In this document: piece by piece, positions 13,401-22,202 of the stretch
Layout of the letters: each line of letters begins with the position of its first letter
Numbering within the stretch: position 1 is the stretch's first letter
DNA from: Pelagomonas calceolata
Lineage: Eukaryota
Length of the DNA stretch: 64,000 nucleotides
Assembly: GCA_918797485.1 (NCBI GenBank)
Contig: CAKKNE010000001.1
Span: 1-64,000, forward strand
Reading direction: 5' to 3'
Program-made: the position numbers and the translations under genes
Notes under the pieces: model-generated
Told to the model about the DNA's origin: nothing
Databases searched by the model: none
Seen by the model: the letters and a program-made list of their open reading frames with translations, nothing else

Positions 13401-15390
13401 TGCAACAGGGCCTTGAGTTGAGACACCCATAATAATCAACCTTGCAGCCACAACTCCCCTGCTCGTCGTCATATTCCCAGGCGAACACATTGGACGATGC
13501 GTCGTCGCACGTCACGGACCAGCCTTCGCCCGCGCCTCTTACATAGGAAGAATGCCGCCGCGCGTCGGACGCGTACTTGCGACAGCCGAGCACCGCATCC
13601 CACCAGTCCTCGCCTAATAGTTGCACGACGTCGTCGCAGCGCCTCTCAATAAGCGGTGGCAAGCGCGCGACGGCGGCGACCATGAGGGCGAAGGCGATGA
13701 GTATGGACGGGACGAGGAAGACGCCCATCCCCTCGAAGAGGGCTAATAGTCGAACGTTCTCGGTGTAACCGCCCCGCCACGCGACGGTACCAGAGAAGGC
13801 GGCGATCGCCGATATAATGACCGAGGCCCAGAGCGCACCATCAGAAGGCGCCGCGAACGCCGCGCCGTCCACCGCGTCTTTGTAACGCAGCGTGAGACTG
13901 GTAATGACGGCGCACGCCATCGCAAGGATACTGAGGAACGCACCGCCCCACTCGAGGCCGCTCTGCACGGTCTCGTAGACCGTGATGATTTTTATGGTTG
14001 GCAATAGAGGCAGTAAGCCGAGTACGGCGAGGACCAACAGTGAGATCCCATGTCCTAGGAGCCAATTCATTAATTCCCGGCCGGCGGCGCCTTCCTCACC
14101 ATCAAAGTACTCGGCGAAGCGCCCGGGCCGTCGTTCCGCGAGGTTCGCCGCGTGCGTCTCACCCAGCCGCCGGTTGGCTATCAAACCAGCGCCGCAGCCC
14201 AAGCATAGGATGGCGAGGAACAACCAGACATAAAGGCAGCACTCGAGCAGGCGCTGGCCCGGCGTGTCCGCGGGCGCCTCGACGCACTTGCCCTCTTCGT
14301 TGACCGCGCGCGCGACCTCGAGGGACGTCCCACCTTCCTTCAAGGCGCGCCGCGCCTCGTCCAGGCGGATCAGGCGGCGGAGCGGGGTCTCCTCCGCGAG
14401 CTGCTGGTGCGCGTGCGCGACGGGTCTCGGCTCGAAATAGGCCTCGAGGTCCCGCCGGACCCGGAGGCACGCGACGACGCAAACGGCGCCGACGAGAGCG
14501 TGCGCAAAACCTAGCAACGTGGGCGCGAGGAAGAGCGCCAGGTTCGACCGCCCGTAGCGCCAGGCGCCCGACGCGCCGAGCGCCCCACCACATAAGCAAA
14601 GTGCGGCGCCCATCGCACCCAACACTACGATGGCCGGCTGGCGCTCGCGCACGTACTGCGCCGGCGTCTGCGTGCCGTCGAGCTTCGCCCGGTAGGGCTC
14701 GTAGGCGTCCTCGGCGGGCGCCTCCTTGCACTCCTCCCTATAAGGGGAAATCGGTGGCTCTGTATGTTCATCAGACGAGGACGAGGTATCGAGGGTCAGA
14801 GGAGGCGGCGCCTGCTCGTCGTGCTGGCGCACGGCCTCCCTTACGAGTTCGAGAGATTGATGAGCCTCCTTGCGGTGGCTCTCCCTCAAGGCGGATTGTG
14901 CAGCTTGATGAGCAGCCTCGCCGTCGTGCCGCGGCGTCCTCGGCGTTTCTTCTGCGGCGAGCTCGTCGTGTAGCTCCTGGTGCGCGTGCGCTAATGTAGC
15001 AAGCGTCTCGCGCTCGGCTGCCGCCTCTGCGCGATCCAAATCGCGTTCTATGCGACGCCGCGTCGACTTCGAGGGCGTGCTCTTTAGCACATTTTCTCTC
15101 GTTTTCGCGTAGGCCTCTTTTCTTTTACTGTGTTCCTTCTCCACCGTCTTCACGAAGGCCCGGTGCCGCGCGACGCTGCCGGGGCCCTGAGCTCTTGGTG
15201 TCGCGTCGCTCTCCTCATCCAAGGGATTGTGCACCGGTGCGTTTGTTAAGGGCGGCAGCTGCCTTGTGCGCGCGAGCTGCGCTAATGAACTACTGAGGTC
15301 CTGGCGGCGTCCTTCTTCCGCTAAATCAGCGAGGGCGCTGCGGACGTAGGTCCAGCCGGACGGCGCGACTTTCGCGACGCGCCGCGGCAT
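7495..15390 (-). CDS. 2631-aa multi-pass membrane/surface protein with mucin-like P/T/S stalks and two DUF285 (BspA-like) repeat cassettes
   Basis: Uninterrupted ORF with about 10 hydrophobic segments, PTPAPS-type repeats, and 25-aa repeats of the type FN..I..WD.S.VT.M..MF..A. Confidence 0.85.
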   Translation of the reverse strand: MPRRVAKVAPSGWTYVRSALADLAEEGRRQDLSSSLAQLARTRQLPPLTNAPVHNPLDEESDATPRAQGPGSVARHRAFVKTVEKEHSKRKEAYAKTRENVLKSTPSKSTRRRIERDLDRAEAAAERETLATLAHAHQELHDELAAEETPRTPRHDGEAAHQAAQSALRESHRKEAHQSLELVREAVRQHDEQAPPPLTLDTSSSSDEHTEPPISPYREECKEAPAEDAYEPYRAKLDGTQTPAQYVRERQPAIVVLGAMGAALCLCGGALGASGAWRYGRSNLALFLAPTLLGFAHALVGAVCVVACLRVRRDLEAYFEPRPVAHAHQQLAEETPLRRLIRLDEARRALKEGGTSLEVARAVNEEGKCVEAPADTPGQRLLECCLYVWLFLAILCLGCGAGLIANRRLGETHAANLAERRPGRFAEYFDGEEGAAGRELMNWLLGHGISLLVLAVLGLLPLLPTIKIITVYETVQSGLEWGGAFLSILAMACAVITSLTLRYKDAVDGAAFAAPSDGALWASVIISAIAAFSGTVAWRGGYTENVRLLALFEGMGVFLVPSILIAFALMVAAVARLPPLIERRCDDVVQLLGEDWWDAVLGCRKYASDARRHSSYVRGAGEGWSVTCDDASSNVFAWEYDDEQGSCGCKVDYYGCLNSRPCCNSLKVLIETNWFFLVYGGLVVLILLMGLVKASHYVRTKIVDGWDRKRILHHRNSSVSGSLALSFGVALVVIGLSVLLASTGKRVPPNEARGVLTCDYAPFENATLLDRLPPTDLVDEGNDRVLLEPITEFWPYPTPAPSVSPYPTTSQPSPEPSFLPSPMPSSIPSTARPSTAAPSSSPSSSPPSLKPSPAPSRLPSPRPTAHPSAAPSRAPLVPTSAPTSMPVPAPTPLPSTSTPSAVPSSRPTPLPTPATPAPSYAPKPLPTSRPTTGAPSYAPSAVPTSLPTPVPAPRPTVNNVMTDGNIRTAVAAWLADAAAAEALYGHISTWGTSAVTDMEALFAHAASFNDDISAWDTSSVTTMYEMFWGASSFNRPIGGWQVDKVTTMEFMFEDASAFDQPIGAWDTSSVTTTHYMFVGASSFNQDLGAWNVSSVVTMYDMFFDAPSFNGDIGAWDVSGVTSMKYMFDDAYAFNRPIGGWDVSNVEDMYGMFEDAFAFNQAIGAWDTSGVTTLEDMFLGARSFNQSLNDWDISSVTDMSWMFQDASAFNKPLDAWNPASVTAMDGMFHNATSFNQPLSEWSFPSVTRMHSMFRYAKAFDQDLGWCVDADMVLAINDQPDDVSSLFYETPCAATSCGVTQDGCTGYAMDDTTIRTAVAAWLADAAAAEATYGHISTWVTSAVTDMEALFAHAASFNDDISAWDTSSVTTMYDMFFGASSFNRDIGKWRVESVTDMRYMFEDAFAFNRPIGNWDVSNVKDMYGMFDWAFAFNQAIGAWDVSGVTRLEEMFEGARSFNQSLNDWDISNVGDMSWMFADAIKFNRPLDAWNLASVTAMDGMFKNATKFNQPLSAWSFPSVTRMHSMFQFAKAFDQYLGWCVDADMVLTIDDDDDGFPDHVSSLFYETPCAATACGVAQEDANGTCPAPTALPTSLPTAQPSSTPTAPSPRPSSHPSVSPSLRPTPAPSVRPTPAPSVTPTPAPTTPQPSSTPTTSAPSNGCVMALHQFLQPLSCEGCARWIDQPADDNCIRELDGVATCQSKAAAIAAVPGWGADTCPTGWTGCSTDVFDVAATSGACKTYENVVVLQSDERAKDCDVVVRASVDGFGSLTFSDNSLVTSSSYANGTSSYKLRGAADAVAQALATFEFCPGCVDETYALTFSLDDVSCGICTVAGVSHDLKIKATTQLTHVFHGRVVKAGCGGDCWAAGVSDASVSVDAPGCAYADAVTTKTDGAYAIEVPYDVRQHGSTASLSFSKEGYSTYTKSVVLGATALPTSSGYYWASSSNSSIGDHCADGTTHAPVSALYCAAHGVDLCAIYAAKYSASSTCQCWAGARIYGGGYGTCSGLPAATGAELRVDAYEGVPCACDQPVSAHVVGAAYLSSATLPPSTSPPSTASPTTPQPSAQPSVRPTPAPSPAPSVTPTPRPSSIPTSAPSLAPTALPVPAPTLTPTSAPTLAPTPSPASSAPTAAPSLKPSYAPSYVPTTAAPTPKVPTPRPTRAPTTAGPTSASPTHAPSPLPSVAPTNLPSSNPTLAPSPLPTTPPSPMPSTLPPTSPAPSLTPTSLPTTQPSPPPTAPPSLAPTLSTAPTAAPTSKPSTPQPTTSMPTTPVASATATVVCLSAGTRKGGLESVSGTCGLDLVDGSSLVVVDTASVGAPLAVGASAADASFFGTVPDGAFVEATCDGACAGTTKATLAHPGTALLPLTGQLAADEVVVALVWATAGTDLDLRLGFRADDDERCLVSAGRPNCGDATHTIAGEGLEFISIKPFRATDYHVWIHGNVEAAQAYVYVFDAGGLVSVKAAAPPVCGATTAAEAATQCVYYDDPAFVNAESGKAIWAAPEANRLLGEHTEALCLEGLGLGSVVKPLVVERQRHYTAEAFDTAQLVDSCSAPRECETADEAVWHCSAIIERGVFRCPGAMRHMVFCDAGYECNPAAALDVAVTDAAAVRAAMCVAPPTPAPTLQPIALTLDL
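10690..12510 (-). repeat. Tandemly duplicated DUF285 cassette (about 10690-11475 and 11510-12510) built from 75-bp units
   Basis: Both copies start IRTAVAAWLADAAAAEA.YGHISTW.TSAVTDMEALFAHAASFNDDISAWDTSS and end LGWCVDADMVL..VSSLFYETPCAAT.CGV.Q, and are highly similar at the DNA level. Confidence 0.9.
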
Positions 15391-15784
15391 TTCTTTATGC
15401 TGTTGGCCCAGCGGGTCACTTGGCTTTGGTGTTTATGCTTATCCGTTAAGCCGCTGCATCGTTTGCGCGTGTGGTGCAGCGATGACGTGCTACTCCGCGC
15501 TTCTTATGATGCAAGGGCAGCCGGCGGCTGTGCAGGATTGCGCGCCTTTACGGTCGCGCTGCGCGCCCGTTGCGACGGCGGTTTGCGCCGGGTTCGCAGA
15601 TCACCGACCCGAGTTACGCCTCTCCCCCGAGGTCCGGAGCCCTCGGATGACTATTGGCACGCTGCGGAAGGCTGGGACCGGCGTTCGCTGGTTTTCCGAG
15701 CCGCGACTCCAAAGTGGGAGTCTACAAGCCCGTACTATTACGACGCCACGACGACGCCGCCGCGGCGACAAGGTACACACATTA

Positions 15785-17008
15785 CTACGCCCCCGACGAC
15801 GAAAAGCACAGGAGGTGGTAGAGGAGCCGCGCCGTCAGGTGGTTGTACTTCGGCGCGAGGTGCAGACAGTCCAGCAGGCACGCGGCGCCCGTCTTCCGCC
15901 GGCAGCACTTGGCCTGCCGCGCCGTGACGGCGCCGTCGCACGCGTTTCGTTGAATCGGCGCGGTGCTCCCGGGATGCGCCCGCCAGTCGTCTCTGACGAG
16001 CTCGAAGAGGGGCAGCACACTTCCACAACTCGTCTCCTTGACCACGGCCCGGAGCACGTCGTTGCGCCACCTTTGTTTAGGTAATGCGGCGTCGTGCGTT
16101 AACGCGTGGGACGAGCACTTCAGCGGCCACGTCAAACAGTTCGAGGCGTAGGGCGGGCAGCCCCCGTCGTAGTTCAGCTGCATCATCTCCTCGTGCGTGC
16201 CTGTTGATACCGGAAAATGCGTCGCGCTATTTTCGCGCCAAATGAGCGTCGCCCTTTTTCTATCTCTGCCGCGTTTCATCCAAGCGCAAAAGGACCGCAG
16301 GTCTCTCTCATATCGCGACGCGTTCTTGTAGTGCGGCCCGAAGCTCACTAAAATAACATCGCGCGGCCCGAACCTTACGGTCTCGTCGATGTCCTCTAAT
16401 CGATCGAGGTCCACCCTTCCGAGCTTGAACCTCTCCAAGACCTCCATACCACTTTCCGTGAGCCGCCTCCGAAAGTCGCGCTGCTTCCAGTACCGAGGGT
16501 GGCGTTTTTTGGGACGTGCAATAAACTCTTCCTTTGATGGTGCCTTGTCCATGGAAAACACGTCGCCGTGCTCCGTCTTGGTCGCGGCGTGGCCCGCATG
16601 TCCTAACATACCTAACAAGGCCTTGGAGACCTGCTCCGCGAGCGAGTCGCCCAGAAAGGCCAATCGTCGTCCTGAAAAGCACCTTCCGATCGCGTCGCGC
16701 GCGTCGAAGCGCCTTAACCTACATTGATCCGGCAAATACTCGTGGACCGGCCGTTCGTAGGCCTCCGACGCGTCCGCTCTACGTAATCGTTCGGACTCCG
16801 TTTTGTCCCAGCCGTACGCGTCGCCTCTGGCGAAGGGCGAGAGGCGCCAGGTACCGGGCAGGCCTTCACTTAAATCCGTGGCGTTGCAGGGTCTCAATGA
16901 ACGGCGTTTGAGCTCGGCCTCCTGGAACTTGCGAATCTGATACATCCGTCTTGCATGCGCTAGCGTGAGGAGCAGCATGCACAGCATTCTGTTATTTATG
17001 CAGCCCAT
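15785..17008 (-). CDS. Secreted SGNH/PC-esterase (trichome-birefringence-like) O-acetyltransferase or esterase
   Basis: Signal peptide, RRLAFLGDSL (GDS motif) and C-terminal DCLH (DxxH). Confidence 0.75.
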   Translation of the reverse strand: MGCINNRMLCMLLLTLAHARRMYQIRKFQEAELKRRSLRPCNATDLSEGLPGTWRLSPFARGDAYGWDKTESERLRRADASEAYERPVHEYLPDQCRLRRFDARDAIGRCFSGRRLAFLGDSLAEQVSKALLGMLGHAGHAATKTEHGDVFSMDKAPSKEEFIARPKKRHPRYWKQRDFRRRLTESGMEVLERFKLGRVDLDRLEDIDETVRFGPRDVILVSFGPHYKNASRYERDLRSFCAWMKRGRDRKRATLIWRENSATHFPVSTGTHEEMMQLNYDGGCPPYASNCLTWPLKCSSHALTHDAALPKQRWRNDVLRAVVKETSCGSVLPLFELVRDDWRAHPGSTAPIQRNACDGAVTARQAKCCRRKTGAACLLDCLHLAPKYNHLTARLLYHLLCFSSSGA

Positions 17009-17119
17009 CGCTGCGTCCGTCGCGGCATGTCGCTGTGGTTTTGCTCGGGGGTGCTCTGGTGGTGGTGTGACGGCTTTGGGCAGCACTGCTGCGTCGGCGG
17101 CGTCCGCAGCAAAGACCTT

Positions 17120-17142
17120 GCTAGTGTCTTACTGGCCGCTAG
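17120..17142 (+). promoter_or_regulatory. Conserved 24-bp upstream palindrome, copy 1
   Basis: GCTAGTGTCTTACTGGCCGCTAG, 112 bp from the ATG at 17008. Confidence 0.7.
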
Positions 17143-17175
17143 ATAATAATGAGAGCTTATGATGACTTGGAAGCC

Positions 17176-17904
17176 CTACGCCGTCGCCGCGGCGCCCGGA
17201 GCGTTCAGTTCGGCGCGCAGAAACGCGACGCCCGTGGCGTTGGAGGGAAAGACGCTCGCGTAGCCGGGGCCGGGTTGCCAGATCTCGAAGGGGAGGTGTC
17301 GCTGGGAGTCGGGGTCCCATAGATATCCCGTGCGCGAGGAGTCCACCTTTTCGCAGGCGACGTAGCGTGCGCCCGGTAGTAATTGCCGGGCGAAGCGGGG
17401 CACCTGCGCCGCAAAATGATCGAGCAGCGACTGCAGAGGGAGGTGCGGCATGAGGGTCATGTCCACGGCGGTCTTCGAAATCCGCACCGTGTCCGTCCCG
17501 ACGACTGTGAGCGTCTGTAGCGCAAAGACGACGGGTTTGTCGACCTCGCAGCCGCAGAGACCTAGAGCGACGGCGTCCAGACCGCCGTTGGATGACGGTG
17601 ACTCCCGGAAGAAATTCGCGATGTTCGTCAGGTCAGCCGGCGCCGGGGGCCGATCGCCGTCCGGGACCTCGGAGAGGTGGCGCAGATCGTATGAGTTGAG
17701 CTGGTCCCGGGCGCCGAACATAAAAAGGCGGACGCCCGCGAGGAGGGGGACGTGGTCGGCGGGGACAGACGCGGCCGCGGCGACCACGGGCGAAGGTTCG
17801 GTGCTCATCTCCATGGGCGCTGGCGCCGCGGCGGCGGGCGGCGGAGCGACGACAGGTGCCGGCGCGGGGGCGGTAGGACTCAGATGGCTTTTGTTGATGC
17901 TCAA
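17176..17904 (-). CDS. Hypothetical protein; start uncertain
   Basis: 242-aa ORF with a Pro/Ala linker and a globular-looking C-terminus; no recognised motif. Confidence 0.45.
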   Translation of the reverse strand: MSINKSHLSPTAPAPAPVVAPPPAAAAPAPMEMSTEPSPVVAAAASVPADHVPLLAGVRLFMFGARDQLNSYDLRHLSEVPDGDRPPAPADLTNIANFFRESPSSNGGLDAVALGLCGCEVDKPVVFALQTLTVVGTDTVRISKTAVDMTLMPHLPLQSLLDHFAAQVPRFARQLLPGARYVACEKVDSSRTGYLWDPDSQRHLPFEIWQPGPGYASVFPSNATGVAFLRAELNAPGAAATA

Positions 17905-18476
17905 GTGCGTTGCTTTTGCAGCTAGCGCTCGTGGCGTCGTTCTGCACTATCAGAGGATAATTTGTGACTACAACGACGCACCAACTCGCGCCGCAGACAA
18001 AGCTCTTTGCTTACTTTTGTGTGCCTCTATTGACTTGTAAAACGGGTTCGCGAGCCGCGCGATCCGTCCACGGCGTTGTTTTGCTCAAACGCAAGCCTCC
18101 GAGAGCTCAACAAAAAGAGAGCTCCGCTCAAAAACGCCAAACTGGCGATTCCCAAATCACGCGTGGACGGCATCCACCCGGCTAATACGCCCGCACACGA
18201 TCGCCGAGACAGAAGGGAGGTGCAACTCGTGCACAACCGTGTCCATGTATCACTCTGCCGTAACGACTTGTCGAGATTTCAAGCCTGAGCCCTAAAAGCA
18301 ATGCAGCCAATCGCTTGCCGGCATGTTTTAGCCGGCGGTTTCGGTACGCGAGAGGCGAAATGTAGTCGTGCGCGACGCCACCGCCGCGGTGCCCCCGCGG
18401 TCGCAGTTTGGAAGCGCGTCGCGAAGAGACGGCGGACGGCGCCGGCCCGGATGATCAATTGGTATGCGCACAGGCG

Positions 18477-19346
18477 ATGGCCCCGTCCATCCTCACGAAC
18501 CTCGGCTGCGCCGGCGGCGCCGCCGTGATCACGGTCACGTTCATCCACCCCATCGACACGGTGAAGACGCGTTTACAAGTGTCGGGCACCGGCAACGCGC
18601 GGAACTACGCGGAGTTGGGCCTGGCCGGCACGTGCTCGACGATCGCCAAGGAGGAGGGCATCGCCGCCTTCTGGAAGGGCATCCCCGCCGCGTGGATGCG
18701 CGAGGCGTCGTACACGTCGTTCCGGCTGGGCCTCTACGCGCCGCTCAAGCACGCGTTCGGGGCCGACAAGCCGGACTCGCCGTTCATCATGAAGTTCGCG
18801 GCGGGCGGCGCGAGCGGCGGCCTCGGCTCCATCGTCGGCAACCCCTTCGACATCCTCAAGACGAAGATGATGGCGTCCGAGACGGGTCTCGGATTGGGCG
18901 CGACCGCGTCGTCCATCTACACCAACCAGGGCCTCATCGGCTTCTACAAGGGCATCGACGCGAACATCATGCGCGCGATCGTGAACAACGGCACGAAGAT
19001 GGCCTGCTACGACACCTCGAAAGGCCTCGTCAAGGACTACGCCCCTTCTCCCTTGAACGAGGGCGTGCCCATGCAGGCCTTAGCGTCATTCATCGCGGGC
19101 TTCTTCATGACGTGCACGGTCGCGCCCTTCGACATCTGCCGCACGCGGCTCATGAACCAGCCCGCGGACAAGCCCAAGGTTTATTTTAACCTCTTCGACA
19201 CGTTCGCGAAGATCGCGACGCAGGAGGGGCCGCCGGCGCTCTGGCGCGGATTTATACCTATGTGGGCTAGAATCGCGCCGACGACGACCCTCCAGCTCCT
19301 CTTCTTCGAGAAGTTCTCCAAGTTGGCGGGCATCTCGGCGACGTAG
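18477..19346 (+). CDS. Mitochondrial carrier (SLC25; UCP/dicarboxylate-oxoglutarate-like)
   Basis: Three PxD/ExxKxR signatures: PIDTVKTRLQ, PFDILKTKMM and PFDICRTRLM. Confidence 0.93.
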   Translation: MAPSILTNLGCAGGAAVITVTFIHPIDTVKTRLQVSGTGNARNYAELGLAGTCSTIAKEEGIAAFWKGIPAAWMREASYTSFRLGLYAPLKHAFGADKPDSPFIMKFAAGGASGGLGSIVGNPFDILKTKMMASETGLGLGATASSIYTNQGLIGFYKGIDANIMRAIVNNGTKMACYDTSKGLVKDYAPSPLNEGVPMQALASFIAGFFMTCTVAPFDICRTRLMNQPADKPKVYFNLFDTFAKIATQEGPPALWRGFIPMWARIAPTTTLQLLFFEKFSKLAGISAT

Positions 19347-19390
19347 TCATACCCCCTCCTGCCCCCGTCTATAGTTCGATCTTGAAAACT

Positions 19391-21600
19391 TTACTCCTCT
19401 CTAGGCTCCCCGGGCCGGAACTTCTCGCGCGCGGCGTCCGTCACAAGCGTCCGCTTCGTGACGGCGGCCGCGCCCTTCGACGGGTGGTTCTCGTGGCCGG
19501 GCGTCCGAAGCGTCGCGTGCGCGGTGCAGGACGCCTGGAGCGTCAGGAAGCACGGCGCCGCCTCGTGGAGCTCGAACGCGACGCCCGCGCACGCCACGAT
19601 GAAGTGCCACGGGTGCCGCCGTGTGCCGCGCACCCAGGCGATGGACTCTGCGAACTTGTCCGCGCTCTTATCGACGTGGACCTCGCAGCCGAACGACTCC
19701 GACATGACCAGCATCGGCGCGGAGATGTAGTCCTCGAGCGTCCGGCTCAGCGGGACGAGGCCCATCGCGTCGCGGAAGAGCGCGCGCATCCGCCCGAGCC
19801 GCGGGACGAAAATCCGTTCGAGCTCACACACCTTGAAGAGCAGCTCGACGACGTCGCGCTTGTACGTGGCGTCGCGCCGCCACTTCTCATCGCGGTGGCA
19901 GAACGTGTGGTACGCGTCGCGGCCGAGGTCCTGCTTGTGCGCGTTGTGCCGCCGGTCGTAGCGGATGCCCTCGCAGTACTGGGCGCCCTGGACCGCGTCG
20001 CGCGCGGCGCTGACGTAGCGCTTGGCCGCGGTGACGGCGCGGTGGAACGCCGTGCGGCCCTCGGCGTCGAAGGCCGCGGCGACGGCGGCCGTCTCGCGGT
20101 CGAGGAACAAGGCCTTCACCGTGACTTGTCGCGGCGGCACGGCGCGATTCACGACCAGCGTCGTCGTCCGTAGGAACGTGAAGCCGAGCGCGCGGCAGGC
20201 CGCCTCGTCCGGCGTGGCCTTCGTGTCGAGCATGTGCTTGGCGAGCGCCTCGCCCCCGCGGACGTCCTCGACCTCGACGACCGCGCAGCGGCCATGGAGC
20301 AGCTTCACCGCCAGGTCCGGCTCCTCGCCCAGCGCGTCCCGGCCGGCGCGGCTGAGCCTTTTCAACATGTCGGGCGACGTCTGGCGCCAGCGCGCCCTTT
20401 CGATCAGCTCGTCCGCCGCGCGCGACCCCGCGGGATGAATCGTGATCTGCGGCGCCCGCGGCGCGTCGTCCTGCGGCGCCGGCGGCGGCGCCGCCATGCG
20501 CGCGCGCAGATCGTCCAGGCGCGCGCGCTGGTTCTCCGTCACGGGCTCTTCCGCGAAGCCGGTGAGCGGCGGCGGGCGCGGCGCGACGGCGCCGAAGGGG
20601 TCCTCGTCGCCGTCGCTCTCGTTCTCCTCCGAGGGCTTGGGCTCGGGCTCGGCGAGCGCGCGCGCCAAGTTGCCACGGGCGCGCTCGAGCGCCGCCGCGT
20701 CGTCCGGCGGCGTTGGAGGCCGCGGGGGTTCGACCTCGTCCGTCGTTGGCAGCGCCGCCGCCGCCGCGTCCTCCGGCGACGGCGCGGGCGTCAGTGGCGA
20801 TGGCGACGGCGATGTCACCGACTCGTCTTCTATCTCCGACGGCGGCGGCAGCGGTGGCGCCCGCGCCGCGAGCGCGCGCGGGTTGGTCCCGAGCGCGCGC
20901 GCGCGCTGGTCCCCCAGCGCAGCGGATTGGTCCCGAGCGCGCGGGGATTGGTCCCGAGCTCGCGCGGCGTCGGCCGCCGCGCGGGCGCTGCTGGTGGCGG
21001 CGCCGGCGCCGCGGTCGGCGCGGCGGCCGCCGGAGCCGGCCGCGGCCGCTTCGGAGGGCTCTTGCGCTGCTTCGGTGGGCTCGGCACGGGCCGCTTCGGA
21101 TGGCTTGGTCGCGGCGGCGACGCCCGCCGACCGACCAGCTTCTCGATCGCGCGCTTGACGCCGTTGTCGTTACCTCGCCGCCGCACGCTGTTGATCACAA
21201 CGACGGCGTTTGCCGGGACGGTGTCGGGCGACGTGTTGCATTCCTTGCACGCGAGCGCGAGCTCGCCAAACGCGGTGACGCTGTCGTCGTAGGAGACGTC
21301 CGCGTCCTCGGCTACGCGCCGCGTCTTGTCCCAACCGCGTCGCACGGCCGCGAAGTCGAGGCCCGTGGCGTCCGTGATCGCCGCGAGGCTCGCCTCGACG
21401 TGCGCGGGATCGTCCTGCTGCGTGTGCCACCACAGCTTCTGCGGGTTCTGCGGCGCCGCCGCCGGCGCGTCCTCGGCAGACTGCTGCGACGACCATCGGT
21501 TGTCCTCCTGAGACCACGGCACCTCCGCCTCGCCGCTCGGCTGCGCTTCCATCGCATCCATGGCTGCCATGATCTCCTCGTCTTCCTGCGTGTTCGCCAT
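19391..21600 (-). CDS. Pro-rich protein with a C-terminal putative 2OG-Fe(II) dioxygenase-like (TET/JBP-like) domain; probably one gene frameshifted near 20900
   Basis: ORF 20830-21600 joins ORF 19391-20818 across a (GC)n run within 21-bp tandem repeats. The C-terminus has HVD...F..F.L....L..HAT. Confidence 0.45.
20868..20965. repeat. Approximately 21-bp coding minisatellite (4-5 units)
   Basis: Units resemble GAGCGCGCGGGGATTGGTCCC and encode GTNPRAL on the minus strand. Confidence 0.8.
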
Positions 21601-21901
21601 CCTGTCGCAGCGCGGCCGGGCGCGCTGCGCCTGCAGCTCTGCAGCTCTGAACGCTGAACGCGCTAGATACGAGCTGTATCTCAACGCGCGGTTGAGAGCG
21701 CGGTACCGCAGCGATAGCGGCACTGCTGGAGGAGCAGCGCGTGTGTTCTTGCCCTCAGCGCTGAGCTTATCAGGCTCAATCACGACGGCCTGGAGATCGG
21801 TTCGGCTTGTGGGTAAGCTTGCTTTTGGCGCGCATGCGCTCTGGCACAGCTCTCGCGCGTGCCGGAGAAGCTGGTCCTCCGTGAGAGGCGTCGCGCTGCT
21901 T

Positions 21902-21925
21902 GCTAGTGTCTTACATGCCGCTAGC
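21902..21925 (+). promoter_or_regulatory. Conserved 24-bp upstream palindrome, copy 2
   Basis: GCTAGTGTCTTACATGCCGCTAGC, between divergent starts at 21600 and 22203. Confidence 0.7.
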
Positions 21926-22202
21926 TAAGCACAGTCGACTGTGGCAAAATTTTACGCCATAACAGCGTCGGCCTGGCATCCGAGGCTATTCTGAGCTTGG
22001 CACAGTACCGTCGCAGCAGTCTCAGCACATCAGCGCTGCGAGTTGGCACTCTAGCAAGCCACAAGCTGTTGTCTCAAGGCGTGGGTCGGCTTGCATCGGC
22101 TATAAGGGCTGGGACCAGAGAGGCGCGAACGCCGTCGACGCGGCGACAAAAAAAACGCCGTCGACGCGGCTACAAGACGCCGTCGACGCGTAGGAAACAA
22201 CC

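Noticed and set aside
17143..18295. Another passenger insertion (ATAATAAT after the palindrome; AGCCTGAGCC near 18282)
   Set aside because: It is on the opposite side of the palindrome from the other inserts and no TSD was found; the evidence is too weak.
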